From positions 84,107-148,106 of the forward strand of contig MHLM01000012.1 of NCBI GenBank assembly GCA_001821395.1: a stretch of 64,000 nt of DNA. Direction: 5' to 3'. Below are positions 1 to 10,850 of the stretch, in pieces. A model generated the notes under the pieces. That model searched no databases and was not told the DNA's origin. It saw only the letters and a program-made list of their open reading frames with translations. A program made the translations under genes and the position numbers. The first letter of the stretch is position 1. The number at the start of each line of letters is the position of its first letter. Origin of the DNA: Candidatus Lloydbacteria bacterium RIFCSPHIGHO2_02_FULL_50_18. Its GTDB lineage: Bacteria; Patescibacteriota; Minisyncoccia; Phycocordibacterales; UBA6899.

Positions 1-128
1 AAATACATAGGGCCACCCTATGTATAAAATATAGGTATATTTTTCAACGTTCTCTTGTGTGCTAGGGGCGTCGCCCGCGCAAATCGGTGAGATGGAGAGA
101 ATGGGGTTGTGCTATTTATTAAACTGTG

Positions 129-137
129 ATATAATAT
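129..137 (+). promoter_or_regulatory. extended -10 element (TGaTATAAT) upstream of CDS 182..961
   Basis: tgatataat at 129-137 is 45 nt upstream of the ATG. GGAGGT RBS lies 7 nt before the ATG at 182. Confidence 0.3.
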
Positions 138-181
138 ATCCGCGTTTGTTTGTTCTTTAATTTACTTATGGAGGTGCCATC

Positions 182-961
182 ATGGCCCAAACTCTCGGTT
201 CTCTCAATGCGAGTGTCCGCAAGGTCACTCTGCAGTTTTCAATGTCACATGGAAATCAGGTCCCCCGCTGGGTGACGTGGATCAAGCCCGAATGTTTCGC
301 TGAGCGTAGCCTGCGCAAGGCAGCCGCTGTTCCTGGAGAACAATTCTTGATCCCGGAAAACGATGCATCGGGTCGTGGTGTCAACGATGTCAGTTTGATT
401 TATGTCGTCGATGACCTTATTGCTGCCGGTTTCACGCTTGTTGAGGCGATCGCTCAGGAGCGTTCTTCCAACAAGGCCGGTGCCCCGGCTTATGCGATGG
501 TGCGGTATTCATTCTATCGGAATGAACTTGCCAAACATTCATCGGACTTCCTACAAAATATGGCGAACATTGTTCGTGATCTTCAAGAATTCCTCGAACT
601 CGCTCTGTGGCGCGTGCGGGGCTTCAGAAATCTGTATTTTCAGGAAGATGGCACAGTGATGGACGGTGCGTATGGCATCTCCGTCAATATGGAGGCGCGA
701 AACCCGCTCTTTGTCGGAAATGACATGACAAAGCCGCAGGTTCGCTGGCAAAAAGATGCTAACGGCGATCGCGTGGGCGATGCCCCTCTTCCGGTCGTTC
801 CGGGGTCCTATGTCAGCGTCATCGACAACGAGGTCAGTCTCTGCGTCGAGCAATCAGCCGAGGTTTCCGACGCTGAGATGCTCGATAGTCAGGGTCGCAC
901 ATGGTCGCAGGTGCTGCGCGAAGAAGATCAAGTGCGTGAAGCATTGTTTGCACAATCGTAA
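182..961 (+). CDS. hypothetical protein (259 aa)
   Basis: Long ORF with GGAGGT RBS. A hairpin plus T-run terminator follows immediately. No family motif recognised. Confidence 0.55.
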   Translation: MAQTLGSLNASVRKVTLQFSMSHGNQVPRWVTWIKPECFAERSLRKAAAVPGEQFLIPENDASGRGVNDVSLIYVVDDLIAAGFTLVEAIAQERSSNKAGAPAYAMVRYSFYRNELAKHSSDFLQNMANIVRDLQEFLELALWRVRGFRNLYFQEDGTVMDGAYGISVNMEARNPLFVGNDMTKPQVRWQKDANGDRVGDAPLPVVPGSYVSVIDNEVSLCVEQSAEVSDAEMLDSQGRTWSQVLREEDQVREALFAQS

Positions 962-974
962 TTTACGTTACACA

Positions 975-1002
975 CACGCCTCCTTCGGGAGGCGTTTTTC
1001 TT
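975..1002 (+). terminator. rho-independent terminator
   Basis: gcctcc-ttcg-ggaggc stem followed by TTTTT. Confidence 0.6.
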
Positions 1003-1037
1003 TAACCGAACGATTCCTATTGTTTTAGGTTTTTGCA

Positions 1038-1066
1038 ACAAAAAACATCCGTGAGGATGTTTTTCT
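1038..1066. terminator. bidirectional hairpin terminator (serves rpmB on minus strand)
   Basis: acatcc-gtga-ggatgt stem flanked by an A-run on the 5' side and a T-run on the 3' side. Confidence 0.5.
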
Positions 1067-1074
1067 ACTTTTGT

Positions 1075-1305
1075 CTACTTGGCCTTTAATTCAAGATGTT
1101 TGCTTGCCTTCATGCAGCGCGTGCAGATCTTGATGCGTCCCCCTGAAAGTCCAGATGCGGTCTTCGCGAGCGCGACCCATTGCAGATTCGGATATTTACG
1201 GCGGTCACCGCTTGGGTTGAACTTGGTCGCACGGATACGGTTCGAATAGCCCCCTGCCATTTTGGAGCCCTTGTCGCAAAGTTTACATACATTTGATGAT
1301 GCCAT
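1075..1305 (-). CDS. rpmB: 50S ribosomal protein L28
   Basis: Translation MASSNVCKLCDKGSKMAGGYSNRIRATKFNPSGDRRKYPNLQWV matches the L28 core (NKTKRRFLPNLQ-like). GGAGGG RBS precedes the ATG at 1305. The ORF-track start at 1368 is an upstream extension. Confidence 0.7.
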   Translation of the reverse strand: MASSNVCKLCDKGSKMAGGYSNRIRATKFNPSGDRRKYPNLQWVALAKTASGLSGGRIKICTRCMKASKHLELKAK

Positions 1306-1381
1306 ATGGTTTTTCCCTCCCCGCACATTACTTTCGTGCTTAGAGTTTGGTGACCGCCATGCTATCATGGGAGCTAATCAC

Positions 1382-2002
1382 ATGCAAGACGTCGACCTCA
1401 TCCAGACTATTTTTTCTATAGCGATCCTTATTTTTTCCGTCGTTGCGCACGAAGTGTCTCACGGCTATATGGCTCAATACCTCGGAGATCCAACCGCACG
1501 GCTGGCGGGTCGACTAACCATGAACCCACTGCGGCATATCGACCCGATAGGGTCAATCTTGGTTCCGCTCATCACACTCTTGATTCCACCCCATTTCGTT
1601 TTTGGATGGGCGAAGCCGGTACCCTATAATCCATACAATCTCCGTGATCAAAAATGGGGGGATTCCAAGGTCGCACTCGCCGGGCCGCTCACGAACCTCG
1701 CTATCGCCTTTATTTTTGGACTGTTTATCCGCTTCGGAGGCGACCTCTTTTCCGGATCAATGATAACCATCATGCATCTTATTGTGTATATCAATATCCT
1801 TCTCGCGGTGTTCAATCTCGTTCCGATCCCGCCGTTTGATGGTTCAAAAGTGGTCTTGAATGCACTACCACTGCGCCGGCGCTATATCGGCGACTACTTA
1901 CAGCGCTATTCGCTCCTACTGCTCGTCATTTTTGCATTTTTCCTTTGGGGGCCATTTTTGCAGCTTATTGATCTGATTTACTCACTATTCGTCGGTCTTT
2001 GA
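1382..2002 (+). CDS. peptidase M50 / site-2-protease-like membrane zinc metalloprotease
   Basis: HEVSHG (HExxH) sits in a TM helix and a downstream NLVPIPPFDG motif is present, with multiple hydrophobic segments. Start chosen at the ATG at 1382, preceded by GGGAG. An alternative start is 1367. Confidence 0.7.
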   Translation: MQDVDLIQTIFSIAILIFSVVAHEVSHGYMAQYLGDPTARLAGRLTMNPLRHIDPIGSILVPLITLLIPPHFVFGWAKPVPYNPYNLRDQKWGDSKVALAGPLTNLAIAFIFGLFIRFGGDLFSGSMITIMHLIVYINILLAVFNLVPIPPFDGSKVVLNALPLRRRYIGDYLQRYSLLLLVIFAFFLWGPFLQLIDLIYSLFVGL

Positions 2003-2144
2003 TCGAATTCGGGCGCTTAAATGCTCGACCTCCTCACGAAAGGTTGCACTTTTCCACCTCTTATAGTAGATTACCGCTACCTAGCCGTACTCCATAAGCG
2101 CGTGCGATCAGGATCACAAATTTCATTTATCGAATATTTAAGTT

Positions 2145-2561
2145 ATGCCAACGATCAACCAACTCGTAAAAAGCAGCAGAAAGCAGGTCGCCCAAAAATC
2201 GAAGGCGATTGCGATGGGTCGCGGTTTCAACTCGATCCAGAATCGACCGATCTTTTACAATTCCCCGTTTAAGCGTGGTGTTTGTACGAAGGTGACGACC
2301 ATGACTCCCCGCAAGCCGAACTCCGCTATCCGAAAGATCGCACGTGTACGCCTCACGAATGGCATGGAGGTCACTGCCTACATCCCGGGAATCGGACACA
2401 AGCTCCAGGAGCACTCAGTGGTCATCGTGCGCGGCGGCCGCGTGAAGGACCTTGGTCTTCGCTATCATATCGTTCGCGGACGACTCGATGCTACCGGTGT
2501 GGACAAGCGCCAGCAGGGCCGCTCGTTGTACGGTGCAAAGCGTGCAGAGGTGAAGAAGTAG
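2145..2561 (+). CDS. rpsL: 30S ribosomal protein S12
   Basis: MPTINQLVK...PKKPNSALRK-like...GGRVKDLPGVRYH are canonical S12 motifs. Confidence 0.95.
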   Translation: MPTINQLVKSSRKQVAQKSKAIAMGRGFNSIQNRPIFYNSPFKRGVCTKVTTMTPRKPNSAIRKIARVRLTNGMEVTAYIPGIGHKLQEHSVVIVRGGRVKDLGLRYHIVRGRLDATGVDKRQQGRSLYGAKRAEVKK

Positions 2562-2645
2562 TAGTATTCAAGTCTTTACAGAAACTAATATCGCACTGGA
2601 GTACCGACGACTTGCGGGAAAGACCAGTCGAACAAATAAAACAAT

Positions 2646-3116
2646 ATGCGCGGACCAGTAAAGAATCGTAATATCCGAAAGCCGGATGCAAAGTATCATT
2701 CAGTAGAAGTTTCGACACTCATCAACTACGTGATGTGGGAAGGAAAAAAGACCATCGCAACGACGGTCGTTTATGATGCACTTGAGCTCATCAAAACTCA
2801 GCTAAAAGTAGAGGACCCTATCGAAGTCTACAAGGAAGCACTGCGCAACGCCGGACCGATCATGGAAATTCGTTCACGCCGCGTCGGTGGCGCCAATTAT
2901 CAGGTTCCCCGTGAGGTCCGACCCGAGCGCCGCATCTTCCTCGCGCTGCGCTGGATCATCGATGCCGCTCGCTCAAAGAAGGGAGCCGGAATGGCCAAGA
3001 AGCTTGCCGATGAGATCATCTCCGCTTCAAAGAACGAGGGTGAAGCTATCAAGAAACGTGAGAATGTGCACAAGATGGCGGAAGCGAACAAAGCCTTCGC
3101 GCACTTCGCCTGGTAA
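2646..3116 (+). CDS. rpsG: 30S ribosomal protein S7
   Basis: Full-length S7-like sequence (KKTIATTVVYDALELIK ... ENVHKMAEANKAFAHFAW). Confidence 0.95.
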   Translation: MRGPVKNRNIRKPDAKYHSVEVSTLINYVMWEGKKTIATTVVYDALELIKTQLKVEDPIEVYKEALRNAGPIMEIRSRRVGGANYQVPREVRPERRIFLALRWIIDAARSKKGAGMAKKLADEIISASKNEGEAIKKRENVHKMAEANKAFAHFAW

Positions 3117-3274
3117 AAATTTTGTAATTCTGGCGCCCTTCGCGCTTGACTTTGAACGCGAGTCCGACGAACGTACTATGAGGAGTACGTCCGCACGGAC
3201 ATCGCATTCTTGCCGCGCGCGAATTGCATCCAGAATAACAAAATTTTTCGTATCGGCTGCAAAATGCAGCAAAT

Positions 3275-3306
3275 AAAATTCCCTCGAAAGGGGAATTTTA
3301 ATTTTA
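3275..3306 (+). terminator. hairpin plus T-rich tract after rpsG
   Basis: aaattccc-tcgaaa-gggaattt followed by ttttaatttt. Confidence 0.4.
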
Positions 3307-3381
3307 CTAAATCGCGTTGCGGACGTAGTGTTTTATGTTATGGTGACGGAAGATCGTTCAAATTTAATGGAGGAGTGCGTT

Positions 3382-3969
3382 ATGTCCAAGAATTCTTGTG
3401 TCACCGTCATCTACCCGAAATCAATTCCAGTGAATAATGGAGCGGAGAATTGTTTTCTCCTTGGGCCCTGCACAAACGCGCCGCCATATCACGAGGATGT
3501 TATTGATATTTTTGCCCGACTCGCGAGAGAAGACAAAAAAATGATCTCCTTGCGCATCAATTGCCCGAAGCGAGAAGGGGAGATGGTCCGTGCGCTTGAT
3601 GTTGTTGCTCCTCCCGCAGAGATCCATCATACCTATGCCCGTCAGCGGGAATGGGAGTTCGAGACTCAGGAGAGTGCCGCATTTTCTGCCGGTCTCTTGT
3701 TCTGTTTCGTTAAGCAGGGGAATAATGCTGTTCCCGAGAAGGTCTACGGAGCGATCACCCAAGTGGAGTTTGGCTATTGGCTTGCGCGGGCATCGGTCGA
3801 TAGGCGCATACGCATCGCGTATTACTCTGATGGGATATACAACCACCAACTCCGCGTGCTCCTCCATGACATTGAGCGTCTTGCACCATGGCTTCTCCCG
3901 ATGCATACTTCGTTTGAGTCATTGTGTGCGCAGTCGCTCGCATGGGCCAAGCAAGGCCCCTCAAAATAG
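3382..3969 (+). CDS. hypothetical protein (196 aa)
   Basis: ATG at 3382 is preceded by GGAGGAG. A strong terminator follows. This ORF is preferred over the overlapping minus-strand ORF 3421..3906. Confidence 0.45.
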   Translation: MSKNSCVTVIYPKSIPVNNGAENCFLLGPCTNAPPYHEDVIDIFARLAREDKKMISLRINCPKREGEMVRALDVVAPPAEIHHTYARQREWEFETQESAAFSAGLLFCFVKQGNNAVPEKVYGAITQVEFGYWLARASVDRRIRIAYYSDGIYNHQLRVLLHDIERLAPWLLPMHTSFESLCAQSLAWAKQGPSK

Positions 3970-3987
3970 TCCATCAAGCAAGCAATA

Positions 3988-4012
3988 CGAACCGATCCTC
4001 GGTTCGTTTTTC
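3988..4012 (+). terminator. rho-independent terminator
   Basis: gaaccga-tcct-cggttc stem plus TTTTT. Confidence 0.6.
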
Positions 4013-4052
4013 ATTGCAATTTGTGATTCTTAGCCATATTTTCCCGCTTTTT

Positions 4053-4073
4053 TGTCAAGGTTAAACCTTGACA
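4053..4073. promoter_or_regulatory. 21-bp palindrome TGTCAAGGTT-a-AACCTTGACA (candidate operator; contains TTGACA)
   Basis: Perfect 10-1-10 inverted repeat. The same motif recurs at 24929-24951. Confidence 0.4.
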
Positions 4074-4085
4074 TTGATATATAAA

Positions 4086-4117
4086 GAAAAAACCTCCGAT
4101 GAGTCGGAGGTATTTTT
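4086..4117. terminator. bidirectional terminator hairpin
   Basis: cctccga-tgag-tcggagg stem with an A-run upstream and a T-run downstream. The minus-strand gene ends at 4116. Confidence 0.55.
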
Positions 4118-4328
4118 ACGTTTGTTTGCTTGGAACTTTTTCTACTCGGTCGCGAGAGTAGTGCCCGTCAAGCCCGGGAATGTCCGTTGAAGTGCATACG
4201 TTGCTTCCATCACAGTGCCGGACAATGTAGATATTGCCGACCGTGAGCGGTAACGTACGCGATGTTTGCCCCGTTGGCTTCGAAAGCAATTTGACTCGGT
4301 CATTCGAGCGCAGTGTTTGATCAGACAT
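4116..4328 (-). CDS. hypothetical small protein (70 aa), translationally coupled to the upstream gene
   Basis: ATG at 4328 overlaps the stop of the 4321..4671 gene by 8 nt (ATGTCTGA). GGAGGA RBS. Terminator lies immediately downstream. Confidence 0.4.
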   Translation of the reverse strand: MSDQTLRSNDRVKLLSKPTGQTSRTLPLTVGNIYIVRHCDGSNVCTSTDIPGLDGHYSRDRVEKVPSKQT

Positions 4329-4671
4329 GAGCATCCTCCATAAATAGATCCGTTTCCGGGGTGATCCCAATACTTTTGATGATCTGCCCGTTGTCACTCC
4401 GTTCGTTCAGGGTGAAACATACCGTTGCAGTACTGTATCCCACGTGACACTTGCTCAGTTTTCCGAGTAATTTGCCTTGCGCGTAGGCGCTGACTGTTTT
4501 ACCGGTGAGCGTGCAAAGTGCAGTGAGATATTGGTCGTTGCGTGCATGGCCCAAGGCTACCGCACTTAGCTCTTTTGCCAACGGATGTCCCATTTTATTG
4601 AGTACATTGACGGCATTTCGGTATTGTTCCTCACGGTACTTGTGGAGTACGTAGGGAATGGGGAATTGCAT
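4321..4671 (-). CDS. hypothetical protein (116 aa)
   Basis: Clean ORF divergent from fusA. No confident family assignment. Confidence 0.45.
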   Translation of the reverse strand: MQFPIPYVLHKYREEQYRNAVNVLNKMGHPLAKELSAVALGHARNDQYLTALCTLTGKTVSAYAQGKLLGKLSKCHVGYSTATVCFTLNERSDNGQIIKSIGITPETDLFMEDAHV

Positions 4672-4869
4672 TTGCCTCTCCTTGTTTTGATTTTGAACTC
4701 CTGTGTAAAACTATACATAAGATATTGTTCTTGTAAAGATTCTTTGCAGGTTGCTCAAAAGGGGAGTTTTCTATATAGTAACGCCATTAAGTGCCCTTTG
4801 TGGCGTTTTTGTTTACGCGGCAGTTCGCGTTACGGGGAAGATCATTTATTCGTTTTTTATTCACTTTTT

Positions 4870-7017
<2,148 letters not shown>

Positions 7018-7088
7018 ATATATTTCTCGTAGATAAATAAAAGCGATCATTATTTAATGGTCGCTTTTATTTTTGCTATACTATATCC

Positions 7089-7640
7089 ATGTACGATGAT
7101 GAAGATGATGACGACGAAGACGAGGGTGAAATAGGGCTTGATGCAGAAACAGTGCGACGCGAAGAGGCCGAGGTCGTGCAGGGGAAAGCATCCCGTGCTT
7201 TTTATGATGACCTCGCAAAAAAAGAAGATGATCGTCACAATGCGATGCGTCTTGACATGCAACAGCGCGCACTTGCCGCGGGTGAACTCCGTCAAAAATT
7301 ACGCAATAAAGAAACCGAGCTGCACGCGCTCCAACTCAAGATCACTATTGAGGAAGACCGTATCGATTATGAAAAAAAGAAAGCGTACCGTCTTGGAGGA
7401 GGTGAATCTATCGCTACGGGAGATGGAGCAACACGATCTGTCCCGATCCCCATACTCTCAAAAGATGTTGACGCTAAGGATGCTGATCAAGAATTTTCGG
7501 TAGAACACGCTGAAATACACATCAAGCAATTGCAGAGTGAAAAATTGGAGCTTGAAAAGGTGTTGAGCGGAATGAAGGAGCATTTGAATGAAGAAGAGCG
7601 TGCGTTGTCACAACTTCAGCATCAACTCGTTCGCATGTAA
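7089..7640 (+). CDS. hypothetical acidic coiled-coil protein
   Basis: N-terminal poly-D/E tract (DDEDDDDEDEGE) followed by heptad-like E/K/L-rich sequence. Confidence 0.5.
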   Translation: MYDDEDDDDEDEGEIGLDAETVRREEAEVVQGKASRAFYDDLAKKEDDRHNAMRLDMQQRALAAGELRQKLRNKETELHALQLKITIEEDRIDYEKKKAYRLGGGESIATGDGATRSVPIPILSKDVDAKDADQEFSVEHAEIHIKQLQSEKLELEKVLSGMKEHLNEEERALSQLQHQLVRM

Positions 7641-7677
7641 TGGCGTTCTTCTTTTTGTTGCATGATATAATTTGGTC

Positions 7678-8937
7678 ATGCCCGAAGATGAAGCCAACCA
7701 ATCCTCAGCCGCATCCGGGAGTCTAGGCGGTCTTCCCGATAGTGTAGCTCCTTCGGCCAGCGTGGAACCAAAAATAATTTCATCACCAGCACCAATGGTC
7801 TCCTCTGTTGTGTTACCCGTGGCGAATCCTATCGATCCTGCGGCGACAGAGAGTTCCGCAAATAATGAGAAGCATCTGCTACTCATTGCGCATCTATTGA
7901 ATCAGGTTCGCATCAAAAAGTCTGAGATAGGTGCTGCTCGCGATAAGATGGGTCAATTGGGGCGCGAGAGCGCGCAATTGCAAACCGAAATGCACCATAT
8001 TGAGCAAGACGTGCGCCGTGTTGAGGGAGAGTTGTACCAGGTCAAGCTTGATGCCAATAAGCAAGAGAGCACGTCAAAAGGAGAGCAGGTTGGCATGAAC
8101 GATAAAGATACGGAACTGAAAAGGCGGAGCGATGGCATCGCGAGGCTCGAGCGAGATATCGATAAATTGAAGCAAGCGATCGCCGAGCGAGAGCAACGAA
8201 TAGCTGAGATAAAAACTGAAAATAGTTCACTTGCGAAATCAAAGGAGGACCTCAGGCGAAAGATCGAGCTCGAACTTGCAGGCATCAGGGTCAAGGCCGA
8301 AAAAGCACGCGAGAAGGAAACCGCGATACGGCGCATAAAACAAGATCATGAACGGAAAAAGATGGAGATCTTTCACAAGAAGAGTGCGCCTGTTGACCGC
8401 TTACACTCAGCTCTAGATAACCAGCGGGAGGTTTCCCGACTGGAGTCCGACCTGCGGCATATTGAGCAGGAACTGTCGCGCACAGAGGGCGAGCTCCGTC
8501 TTATCGAAACGAGTGAGCACCAAGAAGAGAATACATCAAGGGTGGATCAGGGTGAGATGCGCAATAGGGATATGGTGATCTATAAAACAGGAGATGAGGT
8601 TGTTAAGCTCGGCAGAGAGATAGGGCGGCTGAACGTTGAGATTGCCGAGAAGGAAAGTGAGATAGCAAAGCTGGGCGGTGAAGGTCAGGAGTTGAGAAAG
8701 GGAAGAGAGGAGTTACGGCGACGGTATGAACTCGAGCATTTTAGTGCAAACTCAGGATTTACGCTTGCGCATGAGAAAGAGCTTCAGCTCTCTCGTTTTA
8801 AGCAGGGATTTCTTTTGAAGGAGGATAAGATCAAAAAGAACGAACATGCGCAAATACAACTACGCCATGACCTCATCTCCCTTGAGCAAGATCTGGCAAC
8901 GGTTGAAGCAGAATTGCGTCATGCTAACAGTGCATAG
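7678..8937 (+). CDS. hypothetical long coiled-coil protein (419 aa)
   Basis: ATG at 7678; the ORF track began at a TTG at 7672. Repetitive E/R/K/L-rich segments. Confidence 0.5.
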   Translation: MPEDEANQSSAASGSLGGLPDSVAPSASVEPKIISSPAPMVSSVVLPVANPIDPAATESSANNEKHLLLIAHLLNQVRIKKSEIGAARDKMGQLGRESAQLQTEMHHIEQDVRRVEGELYQVKLDANKQESTSKGEQVGMNDKDTELKRRSDGIARLERDIDKLKQAIAEREQRIAEIKTENSSLAKSKEDLRRKIELELAGIRVKAEKAREKETAIRRIKQDHERKKMEIFHKKSAPVDRLHSALDNQREVSRLESDLRHIEQELSRTEGELRLIETSEHQEENTSRVDQGEMRNRDMVIYKTGDEVVKLGREIGRLNVEIAEKESEIAKLGGEGQELRKGREELRRRYELEHFSANSGFTLAHEKELQLSRFKQGFLLKEDKIKKNEHAQIQLRHDLISLEQDLATVEAELRHANSA

Positions 8938-9049
8938 CTCTTGATGTGTAACACACTCTGCCGTCACGGGAGACGAACTCTTGCGGGGAAATCTAAGGAC
9001 AACGTCAGGTGATGATATGGTTGTGCTTCGATAGTTTATTGTTCAGTAA

Positions 9050-9146
9050 AAGGTATTAAACCCCAGGGCAAGCCCTGGGCTCGCGATGGGCTCGCAAAGC
9101 CTCGCGCGAGTCTAGGGCTGTGCCGCAGGGTATTAAACCTTTTTTA
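9050..9146. other. GC-rich structured element flanked by 11-bp direct repeats GGTATTAAACC
   Basis: ccagggcaagccctgg hairpin and ctcgcgcgag palindrome lie between two GGTATTAAACC copies (9051-9061 and 9131-9141). Confidence 0.3.
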
Positions 9147-9189
9147 GCTCTCCTCGGCACCACGGAGAGTACTTCATTTTTTTATGTTC

Positions 9190-9237
9190 AGAATATTATC
9201 TTAACCTATGCTATAGCATAGGTTAAGATAATATTCT
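9190..9237. repeat. 48-bp perfect palindrome
   Basis: agaatattatcttaacctatgcta|tagcataggttaagataatattct is an exact inverted repeat with no spacer. It is flanked by direct repeats CACCACG(G)AGAGTACTTC at 9159-9179 and 9267-9287. Confidence 0.9.
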
Positions 9238-9388
9238 TGATGTAGATATACATGTGTACACTTTTTTAATCGCACCACGAGAGTACTTCCATTCTTCTAA
9301 GGTGGAGTACCACCAAGAAGAATTGGTCGCTCGATGAAATCGCTCTACATCGGCAATAAAAAAACGAACCCGAGGGTTCGTTTTGTCT

Positions 9389-10129
9389 TCATTCAGTGTG
9401 CTGGCGCATTTTTCGCGCTTCGGCAACAAGTCGCTCGAGCGTGTCCGTTGCGATATGGTTTACCATCTCCGATTCAGTCATTGTGGTCGTATCGATGAGT
9501 TGGATCTGCGGATATTTCGGCGAAAGTTCTTCATGCATCGTCCGATAGCGGTCCACGAGTTTGCGGATCGACGCGGGGTTCGATGTCTCACCGAGCTTGT
9601 CCGAGAGTGCGATACGTTGTCCGCGGCGCATTGCTTCTTCAGGTTCACATACCACGACATAGGAGGCGATGATACGGTCTACCCAAAAACGCAGCAGGAA
9701 GAATTGCTGGATGAGTTCACGCTCTTCACCGGAGAGCAGTCCCTTGTCTTGCCAGTACATCATCCACGCGTACGGGTCAAAGATCGAACGATCAAAGATC
9801 ACCACATCGTAAGCATGACCATGTGTGTAGTCGATGACCATCTCGAGCGCATAGAGTGCGGTGCGGATGTTGTATTCCGGAGTCGTACGCGGAATATGTC
9901 CGATTACTTCGGCGCCTTCTTGCGGAATGTGCACGCGCAATCCTCTGCGTTTCAAGAATTTATAAAGTTCCTTGATGCAGGTCGTTTTTCCCGAATCCGG
10001 AGAACCGGTGAATTCGATAAGGAATGGGCGTGGCAAGAATGTACCTCCGTAACGCACGTCCGTTCGCAGGTATCCGTGCAGCATGTCCGCCATGAGTTCG
10101 AGGCGGGCAATGTCGATGGTTTTTGACAT
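9389..10129 (-). CDS. deoxynucleoside-kinase-like P-loop kinase
   Basis: Walker A FTGSPDSGKTT and an ERS-like IFDRSIFD motif. The plus-strand ORF 9383..10126 is its shadow. Confidence 0.6.
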   Translation of the reverse strand: MSKTIDIARLELMADMLHGYLRTDVRYGGTFLPRPFLIEFTGSPDSGKTTCIKELYKFLKRRGLRVHIPQEGAEVIGHIPRTTPEYNIRTALYALEMVIDYTHGHAYDVVIFDRSIFDPYAWMMYWQDKGLLSGEERELIQQFFLLRFWVDRIIASYVVVCEPEEAMRRGQRIALSDKLGETSNPASIRKLVDRYRTMHEELSPKYPQIQLIDTTTMTESEMVNHIATDTLERLVAEARKMRQHTE

Positions 10130-10182
10130 GAAATACTCTCTTTCTTTTGAAAAAGTACCAAGCTGTGTTTTACTATACCTGA

Positions 10183-10776
10183 ATGATGCTCAAAAATAAT
10201 ACTATACAAACAGGGCCCCGTATTGTGGGCTTTGACATGGATGGGGTGATCATCAACCATGCTCCGAATAAGATCATGCTTGCAAAGCGTTATGCCGTAA
10301 CACTGCGTCCCGAGGAGACGCACTCGGAACTCCTGCCCGGCAAATTCCCCCGCGAGGAGTATCTTGCCTTCCAGAATATGCTTTATGGTAATTCGGATTT
10401 TGCGCTTTCGGCACCGCTCATGCTCGGTGCATTCGATGTTTTGCACGAGATGAAAGATCGTGGCATCCCCTTCGTGCTGATATCCCGCCGCAGGGAACCC
10501 GAAAATGCCATCAGACTTCTTAAGGAGCGCAAATTGTGGGGCGACTTTTTTACCGAAGCAAATGCTTTTTTTGTCGGCACACCGGAAGAAAAGAATGTCG
10601 CAAGCGTACGAGAGGGCGTCACTCATTTCTTTGATGATGAGCGTAAGGTGTTGCGCGCCATACCGGACGTGAAAAGGAGATTTCTCTTTGATTCACTTCG
10701 CCAATTCAATGATGAAGATGAGTTTGAGCGTGTATTTGATTGGAAAATGCTCCGTCAGATCGTTTTTGAGGAATAG
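10183..10776 (+). CDS. HAD-superfamily hydrolase, 5'(3')-deoxyribonucleotidase-like
   Basis: N-terminal motif I VGFDMDGVII, which is DxDG(V/T). Confidence 0.6.
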   Translation: MMLKNNTIQTGPRIVGFDMDGVIINHAPNKIMLAKRYAVTLRPEETHSELLPGKFPREEYLAFQNMLYGNSDFALSAPLMLGAFDVLHEMKDRGIPFVLISRRREPENAIRLLKERKLWGDFFTEANAFFVGTPEEKNVASVREGVTHFFDDERKVLRAIPDVKRRFLFDSLRQFNDEDEFERVFDWKMLRQIVFEE

Positions 10777-10850
10777 GACAAAACGCGGAAGGTGCATAAG
10801 TCGCTTTGAAGGCTGCGGGGGTCTGATACGATGAAGATGAGGAACCTCTT

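Noticed and set aside
1262-1381. ORF-track N-terminal extension of the M50 protease overlapping rpmB
   Set aside because: The extension runs antisense through the rpmB start and promoter region. The internal ATG at 1382 has a GGGAG RBS.
3421-3906. Minus-strand 161-aa ORF overlapping CDS 3382..3969
   Set aside because: The plus-strand ORF has a GGAGGAG RBS and is followed by a strong terminator. It is co-oriented with neighbours. The minus ORF lacks both.
9383-10126. Plus-strand 247-aa ORF fully overlapping the minus-strand kinase gene
   Set aside because: The minus-strand frame carries a Walker A kinase signature. The plus frame has no motif and is an antisense shadow ORF.
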